A stretch of DNA of 64,000 bases from the human T2T-CHM13v2.0 reference genome, Homo sapiens. The notes under the pieces are model-generated. The model searched no databases and had not been told where the DNA came from. It saw only the letters and a list, made by a program, of their open reading frames with translations. Positions within the stretch are counted from its first letter, which is position 1. Each line of letters begins with the position of its first letter. Where the stretch lies: NCBI RefSeq assembly GCF_009914755.1, contig NC_060927.1; one strand, 5' to 3'. This document shows positions 42,666-55,585 of the stretch, piece by piece. Made by a program: the position numbers and the translations under genes.

Positions 42666-43119
42666 TACAGTAATCGATCTCATGGTACCCCACATATATC
42701 CATTCTTTGAGATCGAGGCATACATTTCCACAGATGCCAGGATTGTTGGTTGTTGCCCACTTATAGCTGAGAATTTCTGGGAGAATTGCCCTCCACCAGA
42801 AGGAGGTACCAGGCACAAAGTTACACCGTCAACCCATGTGAGCAGCCTGTATTACATGACTGATTGGTGCAGGAGTATAAGGCCCAGTCCTATTTAGTCC
42901 AAGAGGGACAACTCTGAGGCCACTGCAGCTCAAGAGCTTCTCCCATAGAATTGGCTGAGGCCTCTGTTGGAACTCCACTGCTGTTTTAACTTCTTCCTCC
43001 ACCTTATCATGCTCCCTTCACTCTCTGACAAGTGGTTTTCTTTCCAAGAGCCCTCTCCATAAATATGCATTCAGATATATACCCCACAGTCTGTTTCCTG
43101 AGAAGTCTGACCTAAAACA
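42666..43119 (+). mobile_element. 5' LTR (LTR16C-like) of the ERV-L provirus
   Basis: GAATTGCCCTC, GGGACAACTCTGA, GGCTGAGGCCTCTGTTG; ends GACCTAAAACA directly before the PBS. Confidence 0.8.
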
Positions 43120-43121
43120 GT

Positions 43122-43137
43122 TGGTACCAGAGTGGTG
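43122..43137 (+). other. Retroviral primer-binding site complementary to the tRNA-Leu 3' end
   Basis: TGGTACCAGAGTGG versus the expected TGGTACCAGGAGTGG (1-nt deletion), 2 nt after the LTR end. Confidence 0.75.
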
Positions 43138-44233
43138 CTAGGCAGTGGCTCTAAAATGAGATTTTGGAGCTATATTACTCTTTGGCTGGCTGGTGGTTAG
43201 GACCTCATTACTGGTGGTAGGTGAATTTTGATAGCTCATGGAATGCTGTAGCAAATGTTAAATCTTTCATCAGTAGCAAACTGAGTGGATTCAGATGGCT
43301 TTGGCTGAGCGCTGTCACGTCATTAGAGAAAAGCAATGAAGAACTGAGATTGATTAATCTAACACGTAGAGCAAGGAGTGAAAGCCAGAAGGCCTGAGCA
43401 TAGAAACCCTGAGGACCAAAACCAGAAATAGTTTTTAAGTATAGCAGAGCTCCAGAGAAGAAGGATATGTCAGCCCTGACAAATCTGCTTCATCAAGGTC
43501 AGGACCTTAATTGGAAAGCAGTGAAGCTCTGAGACTTGGGATGGGGTCAACTGGGTTTGTGCACTTAAAAATCTTGAATCCTTAGTTTCCTCTGAACTCA
43601 CAGGAGTACCTTATTCCTTCTTGTTAAAAGCCATCTCTTCCCCTTTTCTTGCAATATTATATGATAACATATGCTACATTTCCCTTTCCCTTTACCCACT
43701 ACCTATCTTTACTTTTCCTCCTGGCTATCAGACCAATAACTAGTCACCACATAATTGGCTAAGTGTTTGGTTGTCTCCTAAGGGAGGAAAGGAACTACAT
43801 CCTAAAGCTGCAGGACCTAGCCAACATGTATCAGCAGAAACTGGGAGAGAATATATAAGAATTGATACTGAGGTCTTGGATCAGGGTGGGGTGGGGTTAC
43901 AACATAAATTTCGATAAAGGAGAACAAATTCATATGATAACTCTCTCTATCGACAGAGCATTTTAATACCTTGTCAAGGATCCAATGGACAGTGCTAACA
44001 GGCTGTTGGAGTGACTCTTAGAAGCTTGGAAAAAGATATGGCTCATACTAAGTACATACTAACTAAAACTGTCAGAACTTCCATAGCACACAGTAAAAGA
44101 AAGGATCAAAATGTTCAGGGGAATGGTTATGCTAGAGTGGCTCAACTATGTAAAGCAGTAAACCCATCTGCTAACCATGTTTCACTTAAGGGTCCACATG
44201 GCATTATCAGAGTGATAAAGAATGTACAGATGA

Positions 44234-44596
44234 GGCCAAGCACAGTGAATTCACACCTGTAATCTAGTGCTTTAGGGGGCTGAGGTAGGAGGATCACTTG
44301 AGGCCAGGAGTTTGAGACCAGCCTGGGAAACATAGTGAGACCCCATCTCTACAAACAAAACAAAACAAAAAAAAAAAAAAACAAAAAACAAAAAACAAAA
44401 CAGCCAACAAACAAAAACCAAAAACATAAAAATTAGCTGGGTGTAGTGGTGCATGCCTATAGTCCTAGCTAGTCGGGAGGCTGAGGCAGGAAGATCACTT
44501 GAGCCTAAGAGTTCAAGACTTCAGTGAGCCATAATTGCACCGCTGCACTCCAGCCTGAGTAACAGAGTGAGACTCTGTCTCAACAACAAAAAAAAA
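44234..44596 (+). mobile_element. AluJ with expanded A-rich linker, inside the ERV
   Basis: Dimeric Alu; ~80-bp (CAAAA)n-like middle region at 44351-44432. Confidence 0.92.
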
Positions 44597-46382
44597 GTGT
44601 ACTGCTGAGAGGGGAACTAGCATAAATGAGGAACTCAGTGGTGGCCATCCTCTGTAGACCAGAGCTGACAGTAGAAGATGCTGTTATAGAACTGGGAATC
44701 TGATAGGAATAAAGAGGATGCCAAAATAACAGAGGTCAGGTAGTAGCATTTAACTGCTGGTTGCAAGGTGATCACCATTACGATAATAAATGATCAGTCT
44801 GAGTAACAGTCCATGGAAGTGGTTAATGGAACTTAGTGTGCCTATGGGCAGCCAACAAGAATATGCCTCATGAATGCAATCAGATAATTCAAAGGTGGAT
44901 AAAAGGAGGTTGAGGGTACTTACCTCAATAAAAAGTCAAAATCCCTTGTCTAATTTCTGGAACCTCAGTTCTCAGTCTCAGATTGTACTACTTGGTGGAG
45001 AGGTCAGTTTTCTAGGAAAAAGACACTTGTAACTCCATGTTAAACATATGTGATAATGATTCCCTCAGTCCTTCCTCAAGGTACCTATGACTACTTGGAT
45101 AGTTGTGCCCTGGGAAAGTGGAAATATCCAGTCATTTTGAGTAGTGTTGTACACTGGGTCTAAGCTGATGTTGGTATCCAGGGACCTAAAACACCATTGA
45201 GCCCTCAAAGCAGGATATAGGGACCAATCGATAAATGGAGGCCTGGCCCAGTTCCATTTCACAGTGAGTTCACTAGGTCTATGGACTCATTAGATGATTA
45301 TTTCTCTGGTCCTTAAATGTAAAATTGAAATAAGCATACTTGGTATTTGGGAGAACTGCTGTATTTGTTCTTTGGCCTTTGGACTGGCATATCGCTCTAC
45401 CAACTGGTAAAGATGACAGTCATATCTGGGAGCAATCGAATGGATTAATTAGTGGTACCATATCCTCCATTCAAATCACCAGTCTAGATTCTACAAAACA
45501 AACAAACAATAAAAAAACAGACTTTTGCAGATACTAAGGGGGTAGTATCCCTAATTACAACTGCTGTGCTGAGGTGCCTTCACTAGAAGACATTAACACA
45601 GCCTCATATCCATGATATGTGGTCATTGATCTGAAAAATGTGTTTTCATTTCCATCCTTTTCAGAAAGAAGAATCAGAAGCAGTGTGTGTTCATATGGGA
45701 AGGGCAGCATATAATGGTTTTGCCCTGTGCTATGTTAACTAAGGCTCTTTTTCCTGTAGAACATTATCTTGGTCCACTGTCTCAATGACATCATGTTAAT
45801 TGGACTGGATGAGGAAGAAATGGCAAGTGCATTGGAGGTTTTGGTAAGACACATACATGTACTCCAAAGAACAGAAGATGCATCTAATGAAGATTCAAGG
45901 ACCTGACATATCCGTTTTTAGGAATATAGCCATTTGGGACATGCCAGAACAGCTTTTTGAAAGAAAAGGACAGTCTAATGCCTCTCATATTGTGCACCCC
46001 TAAGAAAGAAGCACAGCTTTTTAAAGGCTTCTTTGGGTTCTAGGGACAGCATATTTCATACTTGGAAATACTGTTTCAACTCATTCGCCAAGTGACACAA
46101 AAGATTACCAACTTCATTTGAGACTTCAAGCAAAAAAGAGCTCTGCTACGTGATTTGCCACCGGAACTTGGTAGATGGAAAATATGAGAGCTCAACTGAC
46201 CATGCAGCCAGAACTGCCCATCCTAACTTAGGTATTTCCAACCTCCATCAAATCATAAGGTTGAGCTAAACCAATAGCAATCCACTGTAAGATCGAAGTG
46301 ATATATCTGGAATTGGGAATTGGCAGAGACAAAAGGCAGAAGTTAAGTTTCAGAGGGCACGGACCTCCAAATAACCTACCAT

Positions 46383-46500
46383 TGTTATGCTATCACCTTT
46401 CCCTAAGCTCACCCCTGTTATACTGTCACCTTTCCCTAAGCTCACCCCTGTTATACTGTCACCTTTCCCTAAGCTCACCGTTATACTGTTGCCTTTCCCT
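46383..46500. repeat. 33-bp tandem repeat, ~3.6 copies
   Basis: TGTTATACTGTCACCTTTCCCTAAGCTCACCCC units at 46383, 46416 and 46449, plus a partial copy. Confidence 0.95.
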
Positions 46501-48353
46501 ATAGCCACGTAGGCATCCCTTTTGACTGACTGACAAAGGAAGAAAAAGTTACACCTGGGTCATGAATGGGTTGGCTCTCTATGGGGGTCCAAGCTGAGAA
46601 AGCACTGTTGCTACTCTACAGTTCCACCTTTGGTGTGAGTAGATATTCCATAATATTTCTGTAAACCTTCTGATGGTGTCCCTGAGAGACAGCAATGAGG
46701 AGTAACACTCTCAATGTTTAGAGGATCAGATGGTCACAGCCATTTTTATGGCTGGAGGTAAGAATAAATAGGAACTTACAGGAAGTAACCTCTCGTTTGG
46801 CTGATTGGATGGGGGCTTGGAAGAAGAGCGATAGAAAGATCATAGAAAAAAAGATCTGGGAAAGAGGCATGTGCCTCTGCCTGTGGCTGTAGATTGGAAG
46901 TTTGAATATCTTTGCATCTCATGGCACTGCCCGCAAGGAAACATTCACCAAGAATGAGGCATTAAACAGCCGTGTAGACAGCATGACTCAGCCAGTTGAT
47001 GTCATCAGCATTTCATTGCCCAATGCTGGCCTGATGGATGCATGAAGAAACTGATCATTGCTGAGGGATGGGCTCAGTGGCATTTGTCCTCACTAACCAA
47101 GGCTGATTTAGGTATTGTTCTCCAACTCCATCTAGCTGCTGATTCCCCAAATTGCTAGCAAAAGAGATCATTACTGAGTCTCTGGTACAGCAAAATCCCT
47201 CAGGGAAACCAACCAGCCACTCAGTGGCAAGTTGATTACACTGGAACCTTTCTATCCTGGAAAAGGTAGTGATTCATCTCGACTGGAAAAGTCACATATT
47301 GTGGTATGAGTTTCCTTTTCCTACCACAAGGCCTCAGCTAGCACCATCAGAAGAACGGAATATCTACCCACACCATATATGGTGTAACATAGCCTCAGAC
47401 CAAACAACAATGTTGTAGGAGTGTACACATAACGATGTATCTATTGGTTCTGTTACATTCTGCACCACTCTGAAGTTGCAGGTCTGAAAGATAATGGAAT
47501 TGACTTTTGAAGGAGCAGCTTAGATACTGGCTTGCAGATGATACCTTGCACAGATGAGGCATTATCTTTCAGGATGTAATATATACCCTAAATCAAAGAC
47601 CCTTTTACAGTTCTATTCTCCAGTGGGTCCAGGATGGCTCTACTTATCATCACTACCAGTGAATGACTCAGTTGAGAAATGTTTCCTCAATAATGCATGT
47701 TTTGGTTCTGTGGATTCTAAACTAGGTTCTGGATTCTAAAGTGGAAATTGTTTTACCAGGGGGCCCAGTAAGAGTCCCATTAAACTTTAAACTATGGCTA
47801 CTGTAGGGTCATTTAAGTTTCTTCATGTCAAGAGTCCAGTAAGCAATAAAAGAAAACAATGTTGGTAGAGGTAATTGATTCCGGCCATTAGGAGGCCATC
47901 CTCCTAATGGCCTCCTAGGGGTACTCAGTGGGGTCTGGAAAGCATAAGTTTGGTTGTCAGGTTATCTACTGGATCATGTCTTGATACTTTCCTGATTTTT
48001 TCAAGAAATGGACAAGTACAGCAGCCACAGTATGGTGTGGTTACCAGAAGCCTAGGCACTCAGGGATGACTGTCTGGGTAACCCCACCAGGTAAGCCATC
48101 TAGATCATCAGAGGTGCTAAATTAGGGTCAAAACAATCTGGAATAGGTTGCAGAGGAGGGAGAAAATGAGTTTCAGTTTCAGCTGTAAAACCAGCTATAT
48201 TGGCAAAAGCTATATATATAGTTCATGCTACTCATCTTTCTTTTGTAAAGTTTCCCAGAAAAAGAGACCAACCAGAAACTTGAAGGAGTTCTTCCCAGAT
48301 GGAATAAATTTACCGTGTGAATCACGTGAATCCAAGGGATGCAAGGATTGGCC

Positions 48354-48794
48354 TATACTGGATTGGATGCTCTGGTATACTACTCAGATTTCCTCTTCAG
48401 AACTAATGCATTTATCCCCCAGCTATGAAATTGTTGGCTGCTGGCAGTCTATAGCTAATGCAGTCACTGGAAATTATCCTTGGTTGAAGGGACCTAACTT
48501 GTCCAAGTCTACACCTATTTCCAGGAATAGTTCAATCCATTGACTTGTTGATGCAGGACTACACAGGTCAAGCCTTCTTGTTTTGATGTGGACAAATCTG
48601 AAGGGATATCCCAGCTCCAGACCTCGCATAGGTCTGAGCTAAAGAGACCTCATAGGTCTGTGTCAATTTCTGTCTTTACCCAGTCCTGCTTCTCTCATTC
48701 CTTTATAGGTGTTGTTCTGGAACTTCCTAATAAACCAGCTGCATGCAAATATCTGCCTCAGAGTTTGTTTTCTAAAAAGACTTCTCCTAAGGTA
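48354..48794 (+). mobile_element. 3' LTR (LTR16C-like) of the ERV-L provirus
   Basis: Follows a purine-rich PPT remnant; TTGGCTGCTG, TCTGAAGGGATATCCCAGCTCCAGA, AATAAAC..CTGCATGCAAAT..CTCAGAGT. Confidence 0.78.
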
Positions 48795-49121
48795 GAAGGA
48801 AAACTCTCCCTGCTTCCAGGCTTTTGAACATGCTAACTACTAGGAGTATCCTCGTCCATCCTCCTGAGCTTTACCTAATCCAGTGACTTCTTTTGATTAC
48901 ACAGAATTCTCCCCAGGAGTCTCTAAAAGACAATAAAACCAGGATGTAACCCTTGGAAGATTGATACATAAGAGTAGGTGGGAAAAGAAGTAGGTACAAG
49001 GATAGAGGGAAAGATAGGCTGGAGATGAGAAAAGTTCCCTTAAAACGTTGCAGAACCAAGAATGCAGGCATGTCAAGGTGCTGATGTGCCGAAAGGTTAA
49101 ACAGTAGCTTTTGACTATGGG

Positions 49122-49650
49122 TGTCACATTTTAGCTGTCCTCCTTCCTCTACTTCAACCACAGCCTTTGTGGGTGGCCAATAACCTATGTTATGACCTTT
49201 CACACTTAACCTTTAATAACCACTCTCTTTGTAGTTGGAATAATCAGATTCTCTCTCTTCCTTTTCTTGAGAATTTGATTTAGGAAATGTGAAAATGGCA
49301 GAGTTAGCAGTGGAAGAAGAGTTGAAAGAGACTATGTAGTTAACCATGCATGAGGTTGAGCCTAGGCAATGAAAGCAGAGACTGTAATGTAAACTCAGGT
49401 CCAACAAATGCAAGTGGCTTGGAGAGGAGGTTGAAATGGATGGGCAAAGAAGTGGAGGCCAAGTGAGAGACAGATTCATATAGTCCATGAAAATGTAGCA
49501 GGTATGAAGTGGGGGCTCCCTGAAGCTACCCTCTCTCTAGTTCTGCTTCCAGCTCCAATTAATGTCTCGGTTGTTATAACAGACTCTCTTCTTCTTCAGA
49601 TAACCTGAATAAGACATTGTTCTTTGTGATTAAGGAACCGAACTAAAACA
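49122..49650 (+). mobile_element. Old MLT1-like LTR remnant
   Basis: AATCAGATTCTCTCTC..GAATTTGA and terminal AACTAAAACA. Confidence 0.4.
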
Positions 49651-50101
49651 GAAGCCAGGGGAAGAACACATGTTTTCTTTCTCCCAATCAATGCTCTCTC
49701 TACTGAATCCTCTGTCCATTGTACCTGCATAGGCCTCCTTCTCTACCACCTGACCAATATTCCCTATACAGCCTACATAGTGGGAGGAGGGAGGCAAATG
49801 GTCCATGAGATATAATTCATAAAATCTATACTAATTATGCCATAAGGTGACTGTCTCAAACAACCAGACTAACTCATTGCCAGTTTTTTAAAAGTATTCT
49901 AATCCTATGATGACTCTGTTACTGAATAAACATATTACCAATCATCCTATTTGTATGGGTAGGGCTGAATTTTCTTTCCAACTATATGTTTTATATATGT
50001 CTAAATAAAGGAGTAGACCACAAGAGTGAGTGAGAGCTCTAATAGGTGACTAATAACTTGTTTCCTTTTGGTAGCTTAAACTGGAAGCATTTAACTCAGC
50101 T

Positions 50102-51200
<1,099 letters not shown>

Positions 51201-51244
51201 TTAATATTTACTTATTCATATGCCAATAATGCACTGTACTAGCC

Positions 51245-52025
51245 ACTCTCATTCATCTCATCAGCAAATCCTGTCAGGGCTGCCTTCAAAATATATTGAA
51301 AAGCAACCTTCCTTCCTTCTTTCCTTCCTCCCTCCCTTCCTTCCTTCCTTCCTTCTTTATTTTTATTATTACCATCCTGGCCCAAGTCACTATCTTCTCC
51401 TGTCTGAATTATCGTAATAGTCTCCTTAGCTGGTCTGCCTGCTTTCCACGTAATCCCCAATACAATTTCATGTCCGTATTGCAGCTAGTGTAATCCTTCT
51501 AAAACTCAAGACACACCGTATTATTCCTCTGGTCAAGACCTCCAAAGGATTCCTTTATCACTCAAACTACAAGTCCTTCTATAGACCATGCATCCCTTCA
51601 TGGTCTGAGCCCACTACCCAACACTTGTCACCCAGCTCTCTCACCCTCCTTTACTCTATTTCAGTAATCTTCACTTTTGCTCCATCGCCCAATACATATT
51701 CCCACTGCAGGGCTTTTGCACAGGCTATTCCCTTGTTCCATATGAGAAATCTGTTCTGTTTCCTCAGCACAATTGTCACCTTTTCGTGGAGGTCTTTCTT
51801 GGTCATAATAAATTTCATTCTCTTGACATTTATTATCATCATGCTCTATCTCCTTTCCCCATTTTATTCTCCTTTACATCTAACACTTTTTTACATATTA
51901 GGTGTTATTATTATTTGTGTTTCCCCATTAGACAACAGAGACTCAGTCTGCTTTGTTTACTGCAGTGCCTAGAACAGTACCTGGAATGTGGCTGGCATTA
52001 AAAAAATATTTGATGAATGAATAAA
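51245..52025 (+). mobile_element. L2a 3' region containing a (TTCC)n tract
   Basis: CATCAGCAAATCCTGTC, GGGCTTTTGCACAGGCTATTCC, GTGCCTAGAACAGTACCTGG...TGAATGAAT. Confidence 0.8.
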
Positions 52026-52850
52026 AGAGAGAAAATGTGTACTTGTAGAGAGAGCTAGAAAAAAATCGAAATCCTCCTTTCTGAGCACTTTGTAGTGCTT
52101 TTTTGTTGAGAAAAAAGTCCTTCTCCGTATCAAATTTGGCAGGAATTCTCCTTTTTTATCCTTTTAAAATGGCATTGTGCTGTCATTTCTCCCATGACCA
52201 TTCATTGAATGGGTGTTTCTATGGTTACAGTGTTATTTCTAGTCAGAATCCTGTTGAGGAGAAACCTGAATTTGGTGGTTCAGTAAGTCAAGATTCCCTT
52301 GACATAGTATTAAGATACATATGGACTTTGACAAATCAGCTTCCTGCCTCATTTAGCAAATTAGCTGGAGAGGTGGAAAGACATATTTAGGGTTCAACTC
52401 CAGAGTTCTGAAAAATGTTGCTACCTGAAATAGACAAAATGAATTACCAATAGGTTTGCTCAGCAGTGATGGTCCCAGGGAAATCAATCCAGCTTTACCT
52501 TGCTTCACACCAGTGGGCATTTAGTTGTCATCATGGTCTCCTCTTTATATCCAACCAAGCTGGATTCTTTAGGCTGCTCATTCTTTCTGTTCTATTCTGG
52601 AGATAGGAATTAAATTACAGGCAAGTGTACCTCTGCAGACTAATTTGTGAGTTCACCCCAGAAAACAAGTGAAGTATGCCTAATGTTGACATGCAATGGG
52701 TACAGGGGGATCTGGCTGTGTTAGTACAGCACAAAGGAGTTAACCATATGACTGAGACACACGCCTGAGCTCCTTACGTTCAATTTCTGTATGCATAGCT
52801 AGCGTGAAGAACCACTGAGAAGATAGAAAATTTATTTCCATGTTTGTCTC

Positions 52851-52852
<2 letters not shown>

Positions 52853-52884
<32 letters not shown>
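52853..52884. repeat. (TG)16 microsatellite
   Basis: Perfect run. Confidence 0.96.
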
Positions 52885-53622
<738 letters not shown>

Positions 53623-53981
53623 GTGTGTGTCCCTTCTTCCATCCTGGTTCCTCTGCTTCTCACTCATCTCCAGTATGGCTCTTATTGCTCATAATCTTCC
53701 CAGGGTTAACCATATACAGTCCTATCCTTATCAAAGTATGAAAATATGGAAACATTTCAGCTATATAGGTATCTTTATATGATCTTTAAAATAAGGAATG
53801 TTGCAGAATGCAAATTAATTTGCATATATCTGACCTAATTAAAACAACTTTTTTATGTCTAATGCCAGCTTTTTGTAAGGAACTCAAAGCCAGTGTCAAC
53901 ATAATTACTAAAAAGTAATTTAGATATTTCAAAATATGGCAAGAGAAGTTACAATTTTAAGGCATAGAGCAACATACTCTT

Positions 53982-55585
53982 TTTTTAGTGTAATTTTCTC
54001 TTTTTTTATTATACTTTAAGTTATGGGGTATATCTGCAGAACATGCAGGTTTGTTACATAGGTATAAACATGCCATAGTGGTTTGCTGCACCCATCAACC
54101 CATCATCTACATTAGGTATTTCTCCTAATGCTATCCCTCCCCTATCCCTCCACCCGCCGAAGACCCCAGTGTGTGATGTTCCCCTCCCTGAGTCCATGTG
54201 TTCTCACTGTTCAACTCCCACTTATGAGTGAGAACAGGTGGTGTTTGGTTTTCTGTTCCTGTGTTAGTTTGCTGAGAATGATGGTTTCCAGCTTCATCCA
54301 TGTCCCTGCAAAGGACATGAATTCATCCTTTTTTATGGCTGCATAGTATTCTGTGGTGTATATGTGCCATATTTTCTCTATCTAGTCTATCATTGATGGG
54401 CATTTAGGTTTGTTCCAAGTCTTTGCTATTGTGAACAGTGCTGCAATAAACATATGTGTGCATGTGCCTTTATAGTAGAATGATTTATAATCCTTTGGGT
54501 ATATACCCAGTAATGGGATTGCTGGGTCAAATGGTATTTCTGGTTCTAGATCCTTGAGGAATCACCACACTGTCTTCCACAATGGCTGAACTAATTTGCA
54601 CTCCCACCAACAGTGTAAAAGCATTCCTATTTCTGCACATCCTCTCCAGCATCTGTTGTTTCCAGAGTTTTTAGTGATGGCCATTCTAACTGGCGTGAGA
54701 TCGTATCTCATTGTGGTTTTGATTTGCATTTCTGTAATGACCAGTGATTATGAGCTTTTTTTCATATGTTTGTTGGCCACATAAATGTCTTCTTTGAGAA
54801 TTATCTTTTCATATCCTTCACCCACTTTTTGGTGGGGTAATTTTTTTTTCTTGTAAATTTGTTTAAGTTCTTTGTACATTCTGGATATTAGCCCTTTGTC
54901 AGATGGATAGATTGCAAAGATTTTCCCCCATTCTGTAGGTTGTCTGTTCACTCTGTTGATAGTTTCTTTGGCTGTGCAGAAGTTCTTTAGTTTAATGAGA
55001 TCCCATTTGTTAATTTTGGCTTTTGTTGTCATTGCTTTTGGTGTTTTAATCATGAAGTATTTGCCCATGCCTATATCCTGAATGGTATTGCCTAGGTTTT
55101 CTTCTAGGGTTTTTATGGTTTTAGGTCTTACGTTTAAGTCTTTAATCCATCTTGAGTTAATTTTTGTATAAGGTGTAATGAAGGGGTCCAGTTTCAGTTT
55201 TCTGCATATGACTGGCCAGTTTTCCCATCAATCTACCATTGACTTTCTTCACAGAATTAGAAAAAACTACTTTAAATTTCATATGGAACCAAAGAAGAGC
55301 CCATATAGCCAAGTCAATCCTAAGCAAAAAAAAAAAAACCAAAAAACCAAAAAAACAAACAAACAAAAAACAAAGCTGGAGGCATCATGCTACCTGACTT
55401 CAAACTATGCTACAAGGCTACAGTAACCCAAACAGCATAGTACTGGTACCAAAACAGATATATAGACCAATGGAACAAAACAGAGGCCTCAGAAATAATG
55501 CCACACATCTACAACCATCTGATCTTTGACAAACCTGACAAAAACAAGCAATGGGAAAGGATTCCCTATTTTATGTATAGTGCTG
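53982..55585 (-). mobile_element. L1PA7-like insertion with 5' inversion (53982-55227 minus, 55224-55585 plus)
   Basis: ORF2 C-terminal remnants (ORF 54748-55068); 13-bp TSD GCAACATA(C/T)TCTT at 53969-53981 and 55586-55598; CCCA microhomology at the junction. Confidence 0.93.

Larger units (their letters stand above)
43120..48353 (+). mobile_element. ERV-L (HERV16/ERV3-16-like) internal region, degenerate gag-pro-pol
   Basis: Hand-translated remnants: protease VLYTGSKL (45144), RT YVVIDLKNVF (45616), QKQCVFIWEGQ, LVHCLNDIMLIG (45769), integrase WQVDYTG (47225), IASDQ (47389), HHSEVAGL. Confidence 0.85.

Noticed and set aside
46383-46500. 33-bp repeats as a CRISPR array
   Set aside because: The units are directly tandem with no spacers, there are no cas genes, and the context is primate DNA
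43120-48353. Domesticated ERV gag/pol gene
   Set aside because: No long ORF, catalytic motifs are mutated and an Alu is inserted
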